A stretch of 64,000 nucleotides of DNA from the human T2T-CHM13v2.0 reference genome, Homo sapiens. The translations under genes were made by a program, and so were the position numbers. The stretch's first letter is position 1. Each line of letters opens with the position of its first letter. Shown here piece after piece: positions 12,670 through 27,254 of this stretch. The notes beneath the pieces are model-generated. The model was not told the DNA's origin. It did no database searches and was given only the letters and a program-made list of their open reading frames with translations. The stretch lies in assembly GCF_009914755.1 (NCBI RefSeq), contig NC_060934.1. One strand, written 5' to 3'.

Positions 12670-13020
12670 ATGGGGACCACATTGAACTGTCGCATGTGCA
12701 CCAAAGCCAGCCCCAGTCAGGGCCGGCACAAGGGTTGTGCAGAGCCAGCCTGTGGCTCTGACGTCTATGAGTGTGCAGACAGCGCAGACGCAGCCCGCAA
12801 TATACAGGAGCAGAGTTGCCCTGAACACGCTGTCCCACAATGCCAACCACAAATGGGGCCAGCTAAGGGTGTGGTGGGAGAAGCCATCCTGCAGCTCTGA
12901 GATCCACAAAGTGGAGATAGCAGTAGCACCAACTCCACTGCTTTGGAGGCTGCCCAGTCGAATTTGGGAGCCAGCGAGGGACCTGACAGCAGCACATTGG
13001 ACACCAGAAGACACCCAAAG
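12670..13020 (+). pseudogene. Degenerate CCNYL-type coding exon 1, cassette B3 (76-aa ORF from the ancestral ATG)
   Basis: MGTTLNCRMCTKASPSQGRHKGCAEPACGSDVYE...; ends QHIGHQKTPK G|GTAGGG at 13020/13021. Confidence 0.8.
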
Positions 13021-14281
13021 GTAGGGAGGTGGCAGATACTGCTTAAGTTCAGGAGCTCCTCTGGCCGTTGCTGACCCAAAATTCCCCCAGAGGCATCCAC
13101 AGCCTGGGGCTCCTTCCTCCTGCCTGGAGTTTGCTTTCCTATGCCCAGGCCCCAAGCAGGAGGACTGGCTCTGCCTCGAGTCCTCACCCCTTCTTCTTTC
13201 CCTGCTGTGTCCAGCTGGTTTCTTACTTTCCTCCTACCTACCCCAATGCTCAGTTCTGTTTCCTCTTCTTCTTCCCCCAGGCTGGCTGAAAACTAAGTTT
13301 CAAAATACAAAATGCATGCTACAGATTTCATTGCTGTAGACGAAATATCTGACAGCTTTTCTATTTAAACTCTGGTTGTTCTCTTCATTTCTTTAAACAT
13401 TAGAATAATTAAGCCTCATAATAGATGTGCCTTTGTAACTTGAAAGTATGACCCTCAATTTTCACAATTAAAAAAATTTAATTTTTCTTTTCATAAATTT
13501 TTGGCACAGGTAGTATTTAGTTATTGAGTAACTCCTTTAGTGGAGATTTGTGAGATTTTGTTGCACCCATCACCCAAGCAGTACACATGGAATCCAATTT
13601 GTAGTCTCTTATCTTTCTCCCCCTTCCCGCGGTTTTCCCCTGAGTATCATTCTTTTTTTTTGAGACTGAGTCTTATTCTGTCACCCAGGCTGGAATGCTA
13701 CGTCGCGATGTCAGCTCGCTGCAACCCTTGCTTCCTGAGTTCATGTGATCCTCCTGCTTCAGCCTCCCAAGTAGCTGGGATTAGAGGTGTGGGTCACGAC
13801 GCCCGACTAAATTTTTTGTATTTTTAGTAGTGACTGGCTTGCACCAAATTGGCCAGTCTGTTCTCGAACTCCTGACCTCAAGTGATCTGCCTGTCTTGGC
13901 CTCCCCTCAGGCAGGGATTACAGGAATCAGCCACCAGAACCCAGCCAAACTTTCCCCTTTTTTGTTTTTTTTTTTTTTTTCTAATTTCCTGAAGTCATTC
14001 TTTGAGTTGTCATGTAGATTAATGGGTTTCTCAAACTACTAGAAAACTAGTTGAAGAAATAAACAGGCAGTTTGTGAATATTAAACAGGACAGTGGTGCT
14101 GAGCACGGCTAAAGCATCTCTGCATTCACAGGGAGAGGAGCGGAAGACCTTCTGGTGTGGGCTGGGCAGCAATTCACTTGAAGGAGAAACAGCCCGGGTG
14201 TGGAGAGGCGGCCATCCTTGGCGGGATCCTTTCTAAGGAGCCGAGAAATCAACGTAGAGCTTCCTCTATCTGATTCTCTAA

Positions 14282-14781
<500 letters not shown>

Positions 14782-15294
14782 TGAGCCACCACCCCCAGCC
14801 CAATATATTCTTTGTTAAGGACAATGTTCAAAAGTTGTTCCTGTACTCAGCACGGTATGAAACTAGATAAATACATTTTTGGGAAATCAACAATGGAGAA
14901 TTTTTTTGAAAGAAAATTGATTTTCAAGGTTTATTCTTCAATTATCAAAAGCTTTTCAAAAGTAAAACATACTATTCCTCTCCACAATCCCAGTTAATCC
15001 AGACCCTTCTTGGTGGGCTTTATCAAATACCCTACTCACCTTCCTGAATCTTTTGCTGAATCTCACATAAAGTTTTGTCACAGAACCTCAGCTTTTTCAT
15101 AAGGTTTTGTGTACCACGTCATGCCTGTAAATTGTTTTCTCTGCTTTGTTTTTATTTTTATTTTTTTGTAAGAAGTAGCTAGGAAGTATCTTTCTTTGCT
15201 TTATAGATGTAAGCTGCTTTGTATTTTCAGGTTAACTTTCTAGAATGTTGAAAATTCCTTGTTCACTCATCTTTTCTCACTTCCTCCCTCTCAG

Positions 15295-15398
15295 GACCTA
15301 TAAATGGCACCACCCAGCCCAATGGACAGATGCCCCAGGCTGCAGATTCTGTCAGTGCTGTTCTCGAAGAGGCCCAGGCACATGCTGAAACATGGAAG
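15295..15398 (+). pseudogene. Duplicated penultimate exon of APBB1IP (RIAM)
   Basis: ctctcag| acceptor, AAG|gtaaaa donor; (G)PINGTTQPNGQMPQAADSVSAVLEEAQAHAETWK vs recalled RIAM GPKTGTTQPNGQIPQATHSVSAVLQEAQRHAETSK. Confidence 0.88.
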
Positions 15399-15519
15399 GT
15401 AAAACCAGCAAGCAGCTGGCATACATTCCACCCAGCCGTCCCCCAGGAGAATTGCTTGAGCTCCGGAGTTCCAGACCAACCTGGGCAACAGAACAAGGGC
15501 TCATCTCTACTAGAAATCA

Positions 15520-15669
<150 letters not shown>

Positions 15670-16835
15670 TCATAAAAAAAGAAAAAAAGATAAAAATGGA
15701 TTGAATTTTCTATTTTCCCCATTAATGTTCTACGTATATCCCCAGGGTGATGGAGGAGAAAATACATTGTAAAATAATAGCCAATAGGTATGACATCCTC
15801 CATAACATTTTTTCAACCGAATAGATCAATGAGGATTCACTTAAATCTATCTTAAAATCATAGCTAATAATCATGATTTAGTTACTAATCTAATTCAAAA
15901 CCTCTCAGTTGACTGTATAAATTCTGTTGAATATTTCTCATGTGTGATTCAAAACAACCTTAAATAACTGTGACAATAGCATATCACCCAGCTAGGACAG
16001 GCAGGGTGCTTCACTTTAGCAGTTTTTCACTTCTTTCACCCCTTCATGTTGTCCATCAGTCAGTCATGAAAACAACTAAATCTTGGTATTTATTGAACTT
16101 CTTATAATTTTGACAACCACTGCAGGCCTGTAAAAGTTGTATTTCTTTAATGTTCTCATTATCTTCTCAAGCCTGCGCTTCTCACGCAATGTACTTTCAG
16201 CTGTTATTATTTTCATTATTTCCATAATGCCAATCGAAGGAAAGCATTTAAAAATGCTGAAAGAAATAAAAGAATCCCAGAATAGAAATCACTTAACTAT
16301 ATGTGAACATCAATACCCAAGCTGCCTGTTCAGAAATTTTTTAAAAAGGAAAAAGTACATTGCCAGTTAATTAGCTTATCATGCTAAGTAAATAAACTAA
16401 ATAAAATAGAAACTAAGTCAGAAGGCACTTCGTTAGAAAAAAAATCTTCCAAATTTAATCTTCAGTGGTAACAGGCTATTAAGCAGAGGAAGAAATAAAC
16501 TGGAGCCCTGATGAAATGTAAATTGGAATGATAATTATCACTAAAACAGAGGGATTCAATCCAGCTGCCTGGGGATGTTTCATTATATAAATACAAATTA
16601 TTATTATCTATGCCAGTATTGGCAGAGGAAGGGCTATGTCTCTATTAGACTTTAGCCAAATTTGGCATTCTGGTTTCTACCAGTAGCACGCTGGTGATTT
16701 TTCTTTTCAGAACTCATATAAGTATCTCATTTGATCTCATCACGATCTGAGACACAGGTCATAATAGGGACTACAGGGCTCATTTTATACCCGGTGAACC
16801 AGCCAACTTTCATGCAGTTGAGAAAAAGTAAACTG

Positions 16836-17477
<642 letters not shown>

Positions 17478-17798
17478 CTATTCCAGAGCAAAGATGAGCT
17501 CATGAACAACCAGGGTTCTCAGTGACTGAGGGACGGGGGCCCCCCAGGCGGCAGACAGAGACCTCACATATCTATGGCATGGTCTTGTCCACTGGGGCTC
17601 TTTTGTCAAGAATAAAGAATGCTACTCAGGAGACTGAGGCGGGAGGATCGCTCAGGAGGTCGAGGTTGTGGTGAGCCCAGATCGTGCCATGCACTCAGCC
17701 TGGGTGACAGAGTGAGACCCTGTCCCCGTTAATTAATAACAATAAATTAAAATTTCAAAAACTTTAAAATAATAAATGCTGCTGTCGCTTGGTTGCAG

Positions 17799-18135
17799 GA
17801 TAAGAAGCCAGCCCTCGGGAACCACCAGGAGCCAGGAGCACCCCCGGCCCCCCAAGGCCCCAAGTCCAGCCTGCCCCACCCCCTCCGGTGCAGAGGTCCT
17901 GTGACACCAGTGGCAGCCCCGCCACACCCCCCAAGGCCAAGGGCACAGGCAGCGTGGTCTTCCCCGCCCCGCCCGACTACTTCCTGCCGCCACAGCCACC
18001 AATGCCGCCCCTGGAGTACCCAGAGCTCCCGCTGCCGTCCCCGGACTTCATGGAGACCCCCCTGGACTTCGTGCTCCCTCCCCTCGCTGTCGCCAAGAGG
18101 CCTCCTATGCCCCACCCCCCCCAACAGGCACGAAG
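17799..18135 (+). pseudogene. Duplicated, truncated terminal (proline-rich) exon of APBB1IP (RIAM)
   Basis: ttgcag| acceptor; DKKPALGNHQEP..PKSSLP-[frameshift ~17878]-VQRSCDTSGSPATPPKAKGTG..PELPLPSPDFMETPLDFV..AVAKRPP matches the recalled RIAM C-terminus with an internal deletion; AATAAA at 18161-18166. Confidence 0.9.
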
Positions 18136-18422
18136 CATCAATGTTCACAAGCAGCAAATGAATAAAAGTTAAACGTTCTTCCTACTGCATTTCTATAAGG
18201 ATTATTGGGTCAGTCGATCTTGAGGTCAACACTATAATTAAAACTAGCTTTCACCATCCCATGCCTTCTTAAGTCTTGGTGACCTTAGATTTTCAGCTCT
18301 ACCTCTGCGACCTTCAGAATTTTCAGGAAAATAGAGGAAAACGAGAAAACATGACAATCTCTTTCTCTGAGATTCCTGTTGCTTGATTGCTTGGAGCCCT
18401 GGACACAGGCTGTTTTGGTTTC

Positions 18423-18425
<3 letters not shown>

Positions 18426-18453
<28 letters not shown>

Positions 18454-18736
18454 GAGAGGGAGTCTTGCTCTGTTGCCCAAGCTGGAGTGCAGTGGCGCGA
18501 TCTCGGCTCACTGCAAGCTCCTTCTCCTGGGTTCACGCCATTCTTCTGCCTCAGCCTCCCAAGTAGCTGAGACTACAGGCGCCCGCCACCACGCCCGGCT
18601 AATTTTTTCTATTTTTAGTAGAGACGGGGTTTCACCGTGTTAGCCAGGATGTGGTCTCGATCTCCTGAGCTCGTGATCCACCCGCCTCGGCCTCCCAAAG
18701 TGCTGGGATTACAGGCATGAGCCACCACGACCGGCC
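18426..18736 (-). mobile_element. AluY
   Basis: Long poly-T, cactgcaagctcc, gttcacgccattc, accgtgttagccaggat; many CpGs retained. Confidence 0.88.
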
Positions 18737-19057
18737 TGGTTTTGCTTTTTTAATGCTTGAATAACAGTAATTTTAAAAATAGTTATTCAGATAGTTTTTG
18801 AATTCTCTATTATTACAGTGCTGTAAGTACCCTGTAAATAAGAATGTAGGGCCAGGTAAAAGCAATCTTACTGATGTATATTTCAATCTGGAATGTTTTC
18901 CCTCAGGGATACATTTAATGCCCAGTTTATCCTAGGCTCTTTTTACCTATATCTCTTCTCTTTCAAATTGGCTTCGGATGGGCTAAAAGGCTATTTTCTT
19001 AAAATTAAGGAAGGTAATTAATGGTATGTTTTAATATTTGGGGAAAAGTAAGCTGTA

Positions 19058-19537
19058 GATCATGCTGTCTCAACCCACGGGCTCCCGTGGCCCAGGACAA
19101 CTTTGAATGCTGCCCAACAAATATTAAAACATTATAAGCTCTTTGTAGGGCGCGGTGACTCACACTTGTAATCCCAGCACTATTGGGAGGCCAAGGCTGG
19201 CAGATCACTTGAGGTCAGGAGTTTGAGACCAGCTTGGCCAACATGGCAAAACCCTATCTGTACTAAAAATACAAAAATTAGCCAAGTGCGGTGACGCATG
19301 CCTGTAATCCCAGCAACTCCAGAGGCTGAGGAGGAGAATCCTTTGAACCCAGGAGGTGGAGGCTGCAGTGAGCTGAGATCTTGCTACTGCACTCAATCCT
19401 GGACGACAGGGCAAGACTCTCTCTTTAAAAAATTATGAGATCTTTTTGCAATTTTTTTTTTTTAGCTGATCAGCTATTGCTAGTGTTAGTGCATCATATG
19501 TGTGTCCCAGGGAAGCTAAAAGATTGGACACCCCTTC
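19058..19537 (-). mobile_element. MER30-like hAT DNA transposon interrupted by a plus-strand Alu (~19146-19430)
   Basis: cccagggaagctaaaagattggacacccc terminus, ttagctgatcagctattgctagtgttagt, ggcccaggacaactttgaatgc; taaaacatta/taaaaaatta flank the Alu. Confidence 0.75.
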
Positions 19538-21006
19538 AGGCTAAATGGAAATTTAAAATGAAGCAAATTTAGTTTTAAAACCAAAATATTTACTAACTAA
19601 AACTGGCAATGTGTTCTTAATTTTTTTAAGCATATGCTTGAAATAGGATAGAAGGTAAATTTGCTTCACATTAAATTTTATCTCAGGAACAGTAACTCTC
19701 CAGTTTTAGTATATCATGTTCTTTTGATGTCAGATACAGTAATAATACGGCTTTTCTTTTTACAAAAATTTTTAAAATTTTGTTTTACTTTAAGTTCCAG
19801 GATACATATGCAGAATGTGCAGATTTGTTACATAGGTAAACGTGTGCCATGGTGGCTTGCTGAACCTATCAACCCATCACCTAAATACGAGGCCCAGCAT
19901 GTGTTAGCTATTTGTCCTGATGCTCTCCCTCCCCTCAACCCCCCACAACAGGCCCCAGTGTATGTTGTTCCCCTCTTTGTGTCCATGTGAAAGACACAGC
20001 TTTTCTGATACCTGACTACATAATGGTCTTTATGCAGATCTCTGGGACAATACAGGAAAGGTTCAGCGAAGAGAGCTATGAAAGTTGTCAGAATCAAAGT
20101 GGAGTCACTCATGTTAAGAAAACGCCGACAAATAGAACCAGGCAAGTCCATGAATAGAGGGTTCTCATGACAATCGTCAACCCTGTGATTTTCACTCAAG
20201 TGGAACACAATCTTTGGTGTCTGGCTGTGAGGTCTTTACAAGTACCAGCTATACCTGAGTGGGGTTATTTAGATTGACCCTGAAAATGCAGCAAACTTTA
20301 TTCCTTTATGAAAATTTTAGTGAGATACTGGAGGTGAGGGGAGCGCAAAAGCTGGGGTGAAATTGGACGTTAGAGAGGAAGTGCAAGGATAATAATATAT
20401 TACGAACAGTGTATAATTAATAATATAGGGCAGTAATACTACACCACAGCTTATGAAAACTCCATAATTTCTTTTATAATGCTGCCACTGGGGCAAAGAC
20501 CCATGTAATAGGCCAACTGCAACAAAAACCACAGGGTTTGGAAGAGTTTACAGAAAATATGATTTAACCCGCCACATGATAGAATATGAACTTAGATTTT
20601 ACAGTAGGTCCTCAAAGAGGAGAATGAACATTTAAGCCACATTTTGTTTGATCATAGGAATCTTGGCTGGTATGATACTGAAATGATCCAAGTCCATGAT
20701 AATTGAGCCTTTGAAGTGTGCTTGAGACTTATGGCTTGATGTCTGATCCATTTTTACTGGTGGTTTATGTGTGCTTGGGTACAATGTACTATACATGTTC
20801 CTTAGAACAAGCTTGTTAAGCATGTTCCACAAATCTTCTGCCTGCAGCCTGTTACCTGGTCTGTTGCATCCATCAATTACTAAGAAGGATGTTTTAAAAT
20901 CTTCTGAGGGCAGATTTGTCAATATCTTTTCATTGTTCTGGTGAACTGTGCCTTATATATTCTGACATGGTTAATTATTAAGTGTAAACAAAAATTATGT
21001 ATGTGA

Positions 21007-21546
<540 letters not shown>

Positions 21547-21749
21547 TGAGCCACCACGAATGGCCTCTTCTTATGACTCTTACTGTGATTATATATTTGT
21601 ATTTGTTTTTAACATCTTATTTTGCACTTCCTATTACCCTGGATTTTTCTGGGGTTTTTATCTTCCTTTCTTGTCTGCTTCACGTGATTAGGATTTTTCT
21701 CTTACTCCCCTTTTTAAGCTTCTTGTTGAAAAGTTATATACTGTTTCTA

Positions 21750-22039
21750 TTCTTTTAATGGCTAGTTATAATGATAATATCTATACTCAATAATGTCCCA
21801 AGTTGAACAACTTTAACCTAGGAAACACATGGAGTTTGGCACACTTTGGTTTCAAACACACACACACACACATACACACATTATTGCCTAGTAGTTGAGT
21901 TATGGCTAACTTCTTTTTTTCCTAAAGTATCTTTATTTCTTTTAATGGCTAGTTATAATGATAATATCCATATTCAATAAAGTCCCAAGTTAAACAACTT
22001 TAACCTAGGAAATACATGGACTTTGGAATACTTTGGTTT

Positions 22040-22085
<46 letters not shown>

Positions 22086-22137
22086 TGCCTAGTAGTTGAG
22101 TTATAGCTGACTTCTTTTTTTCCTAGAGTATCTTTAT
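21750..22137 (+). repeat. Two-copy ~190-200 bp tandem duplication, each copy with a (CA)n tract
   Basis: 21750-21936 and 21937-22137 both start ttcttttaatggctagttataatgataatatc and end agtatctttat. Confidence 0.95.
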
Positions 22138-22669
22138 TTTACCTCATTCTTCAAAGATGGTTTCAACGGATGTAAAATTTCAACTGACAGTAAAAACTCT
22201 CAGCTTTTTGAGGAAATTGTCCCCACTGTCTTCTCCCTTTCACTGTTGCTGTTGAGAAGTCAGCTGTCAAATTATTATTTCTATTAGGTCATCTCTTTGT
22301 TTCCCCTCTGCATGATTTTAAGACCTTTTCTTCGTCTTTGGTGCACACAGTAGGTATAACTGTGGGTTTCTTTTTGCTTAAGTTGCCTGATATTTTACTG
22401 AGGTTTCTGAATCTAGAATATCTGTCTTTCACTATTCCAGAAAAATGTAATTTATATTGTTTTCAAACATTGCCTCTCCTTATTCGCTTCTTCTAAAATT
22501 CTAATGAAATATATGTTAGATCTTCTAGCACTAGCCTCCGTATCTCTTAATTGTGTATATTTTCCATTTCTTTATCAATTCCGGTTATATTAATCAGACA
22601 TTAACTCCTATTCACTAATTCTTTTCTTCAGCACAATCTAATCTATGTTAAAGCCATCCATTTTTGGTT

Positions 22670-25215
22670 TCTGTTTTTTGAAATAGACTTCATGATTTAG
22701 AGCAATATTAGATTCACAGCAAAATTGAGCAAAAAGTATTGGGAGTTCCCATTTGTCCCCTGTCCCCATACATGCACAGCCTCCTCCACTACCAAAATGC
22801 TACCAAAATCGTACTGAAACAATTGAGGAACCTACATTGACACATCATTAGTACCCAAAGTCCACAGTTTACTGCAGGTTTACTCTTGATGTTGCACAAT
22901 CTATGGGTTTTCAGAAATGTACAATGATATGTATCCACCATTATAGAATCATATAGATTAGTTTCACTGTCCTAAAAATCCTGTGTTCTGCCTATTAATC
23001 TCTCCCTCCCCTTTAAACCCTGGAAACCACTGGTCTTTTTTACTGTCTCCATAATTATACCATTTCCAAAATATATAGTTAGAATCACCATATGTAGCCA
23101 TTTCTAATTGATTTCTTTTCCTTAATAATATGCATTTATGGTTCCTCCATGTCTCATTTTCTGTTCCTATAGCAGAATACTTGGGTAGTTTATTTTAAAA
23201 AGAGATGCTTTGGATCATGCTTCTGGAGCCTGGGAAGTCCAAAGAGCATGGTGCCAGTGTCTGGGGAAGGCCCACTGACTGCATCATATCATGGCAGATA
23301 AGCGGAAGGAGAAGTGGCTGCATGCAAAAGGGGGACAAACCAGGAGAGGCAACCTTGCTTATAACAACCCAATCTCGTGGGAACTAATGCATTCCCATGA
23401 GAACTAACCCCGTAGCACCTGAAAGAAATTAATCCATCTTAATGACTCTTAAAGCACCTCCCACCACTGCCACCTTGGGGACCAAGCCTAAACATGAGTT
23501 TTGGAAGGGCCAATCCATAGTCAAACCACAGCACTCCATTATCTTTTCGTGGCTTGATAATTCATTTCTTCTTAACTTTTTTTTTTTGAGATGGGGTCTC
23601 ACTCTTATCATCCAGGTTGGAATGCAGTGGCGTGATCTTGGCTTCATTTCTTCTTATCACTGAATAATATTCCATTGTCTGGATGGACCATAGTTCATTT
23701 ATTCATTCCCCTATTGCAGGACATCTTAGTTGCCACCAAATTTTAGCAATTATGGATAAAGCTGCTGGAAACTTGTGTGCAGACACTTCTGTGAATATCA
23801 GTTTTCAACTCACTTAGGTAAATAGGAGTGCAATTGCAGGATCATATGGAAAAAGTGTGTTTAGCTGTGTAAGAAACTGACAACCTGTCTTCTAAAAAGT
23901 GGCTATTTCATTTTGCTTTCCCTCCAAGAATAAATGAGAATTCTTATTGATCCCCATCCTTGTCATTGTTTGGTATTGTCAGTGTTTTGTATTTAAGCAT
24001 TTGAATAGGTAGGTAGTGGTATCAGTTTTAATTTGCTATTTCCTAATGACATATGATGTTGAGCAATTTTTACATATGCTTATTAGCCATCTGTACATCT
24101 TCTTTGGTGAGGTGTGTGTTCAGATCTTTTGTCAATTTTTTAACTGGGTTATTCCTTTTCTTATTGTTGCTTTAAGAGTTCTTCGTATATTTTGGTAACA
24201 GTACTTTATCAGATATGTCTTTCACAGATGTTTTTCCCCAGTCTGTGGCTTGTCTTCTAATTCTCTTGACTGTGCATTACACAGAAGTTTTTAATTTGAA
24301 TGAGGTCCAGCTTATCAATTACTTTTTTCATGGATCATGCCATTGGCGGTGTTGTATTTAAAAAGTCATTGCCATGCCCAAGGTTATCTAGCTTTTCTCC
24401 TATATTCTAGAAATTTTATAATTTTGTGTGTTACATTTAGGTCTATGATCCATTTTCAGCTAAATTTGGGGGAAGATGTAAGATCTGTGTCTAGATTTTT
24501 GATTTTGCTTACGGATATTAAGTTGTTCCAGTGCCATTTGTTGAAAAGACTATCTTTTCCTCATTGTATTGCCTTTGCCCCTTTGTCAAATATTTGTATA
24601 GGTCTATTTTGGGATTTTCTATTCTGTTCCATTGGTCTATTCATCTATTCTTTTGCCACTACCACACTGTCTTCATTGCTGTAGCTTTCTTGCAAATCTT
24701 GAAATTGGGTAGTGTTACCCCCCTGATTTTCTTCTTTTCTAATACTGCGTTGTCTGTTCTTGTTTTTTTTTGTTTTTGTTTTTGTTTTTGTTTTTTTTTG
24801 GTTTTTGTTTTTGTTTTAGCCTCTCCATAGAAACTTTGGAATCAATTTGTCAATATCCAAGTGATATATTTCTGGGATTTTGATGGGGATTGCATTGAAT
24901 CTAGAGAGAAAGTTGGGAAGAACTGACATTTTGTTAATGCTAGGCCTCCCTATCCATGGACATGGAATATCTCTCTATTTATTTAGTCCTTCTTTGATTT
25001 CTTTAATCAAAATTTTGTAGTTTTCCTCATAGATCTTTTATATATTTTGTTAGATTTATACCTAATTATTTCACTGGTGGTGGGAATGTTTACATAAATG
25101 GCATTGTGTTTTTAATTTCAAATTCCAATTGCTCACTGTTTGTGTGCAGGAGAGCAACTGCAATGGATTTTTCTATACTAATCCTGTATACGGCATCCTT
25201 GCTATAACTGCTTAT
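22670..25215 (-). mobile_element. Old L1 (L1M) 3' portion, antisense, with a nested MST-type MaLR LTR at 23150-23533
   Basis: Typical antisense L1 ORF2/3'UTR sequence (ccatttgttgaaaagact, gggattgcattgaatct); LTR bounded TG..CA with ctcca target-site duplication (23145-23149, 23534-23538). Confidence 0.8.
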
Positions 25216-25764
25216 TACTTCCAGGAGTTTTTTGGTCAGTTATCCTGGTGGCCTCCTGAAGAGTCCTCCTCTAGACCCAGGGTTAAGGATGTGCATTATT
25301 TTCCTCCCCATACATAAGACTATCAAAGGTAAGGTAGGGGAAAGTGCAAGGCAACAGCTCCCTGCAGTGTTCTCCACTCCACATCCTTTCATATTGTTAA
25401 AGCAGGTGAGGAGAATTAATATTTGTGGAGCAGGTTCTCAGATATTTGCTATGAAAACCTACATATGGTGATTTAGACTTTCACAGCTATTATATCTTGA
25501 GAGTCTGATGAAACTTTAATTTTAACCTATTGTTCAATCAGTATAGTTTCTATTAGAAAAATTCATAGGAGAAAAAACAACTATTTCAATAAACATCAAA
25601 AAGGCTCTTGATAAAATTCAACACCACTCCTTGTTAAAAAAAATTTAAAACTTCATAAGAAACTAGCAATTGAGGAAGATGTTTCTATATTGATAAAAGT
25701 TATTAGAAACCTACAGCAAAAGGCATATTTAATAACAAAGCATGAATAGAAATGTCATTTATTT

Positions 25765-26360
25765 TTATGGTACCCAGGATTTGTTTTAATCAGTATGATA
25801 AGACACATGAACACAGAAATGAGTGTCATGAGGGAAGTACTTTATTTTGCTACTCAGGGTTCCCTAGGAGCTGTAGGCACCTCACACCACAAGAGGCAAA
25901 ACAGGGAAACATCAAGGTCAGTCAGGAGGTAGAGGGGACGGGGGAAAGCACGAGCAAGACTCTTTACTGTACTTTCCACAGGAAGGAACAAGCAAGGCAG
26001 GGCAACCAGTCTTAGGATTGGCTAGTTTGAATAATTTCATGGTATCTTGGGGAGGAGAGGCTGTCCCTAGTTGTCTGCTACCTGGCCCTGAGGCAATTAG
26101 GGCAGGCGGATAGTGGCCTGGGACATGAGAGTGATAAAGAAGGATAAAGATAGATAAAGAAGAATAGAGGGTGATAAAGAAAGGATAAAGAATGGGGTAT
26201 GAGCTCTGGATTGGTTGGTTTATATATGAAGACATACATGCAGGCAAGTTGCTTACGTCCAGGAATTAGCTTATCCTGAGAGGGGCAGTCCCTCCACGGA
26301 CAACAAAGCCCTGGATGTCAAAGCATCGAATTCAGAAAATAAGAGACATGACTAATACAC
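25765..26360. mobile_element. ERVL-type solo LTR (MER74-like), flanked by plus-strand old L1 fragments
   Basis: ggattggctagtttgaataattt, gctgtccctagttgtctg, acctggccctg motifs recalled from this LTR group; subfamily uncertain. Confidence 0.5.
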
Positions 26361-27254
26361 CATTAAAGTCAATATTATCATTAATATTATTCGACATTAT
26401 CCTGAAGTCTCTAGCCAATACATACAACAACAAAAAAAATAGGATGAACAACTATTTGAATGAAAAAGACAGACTTTTAAATTCTCAGATGGTGTATCTA
26501 CTTAATACTTTAATAAAGTCAACCTTTAATTATAGAAACCAAAAACTGTCCTATATACTATATACCAGTGATGCTCAATTATAAAATGTAGTATAAAAAG
26601 TGATTCTAGACTACATGTCTAGAATTGATAGACAATTTCACAGTCTATACAAGGAATGATGTAAATGTTTATTGCAGATAAAAAAGAAAACATCAGGAAG
26701 GTAAGAGGTACAGGCCATCGCCCCTCTACCTAGTTCCAATAAGCATGATTGAATTAAATGACATGAGTTCCCCAACATGGTTCTAATTTCAGTTATCATG
26801 GTATTTTACCTGTAATTATATAAAGTATAAACTTCTTGTTAGTTCTTCAGTCCACAAATCACAGCCTAAATAACAGATGAATCATGATCAGTGACCCATC
26901 ACTTCTTTCAAAGTATGTTGTTGCCAATCACTGCATATTTGTTACTGAGTTCATACAGAGAGCAAAGCATGTTATTGTCTTGCCTCCTTGTCTCCCAGCG
27001 AGAAGCCCACATGACATTTTACAAAAAGGAATAATCAAAAGTGGAAATTAATCAACAGGGCTAAAACTGCAACAGAAAAAAAAGTGATAACAGTGAAATT
27101 CAAATAGAACATAAATGTAGTTATAGAAGAAATAGTGGCAATTCACCAAGGCAGATGTTTGCTCTGTATTTCAAGTATTTTTGCCAAATAAATCCTTTCT
27201 GAAACTGACTGAAGCTCTATATTTACAGAAATACAGGGGGCAGAGAAATGTGTT

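Larger units (their letters stand above)
1960..13370 (+). repeat. Tandem array of five related cassettes (A1 ~1960-4420, B1 ~4420-7290, A2 ~7290-9880, B2 ~9880-11680, B3 ~11680-13370)
   Basis: Recurring landmarks in each unit: tcatta(g/a)aaaaat, ctcatggcaa, gttggcagggcaac, gtgccccATGGGGACCAC, accagaaga....AG|GTAGGG; units also carry Alu-monomer and MIR fragments. Confidence 0.95.
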
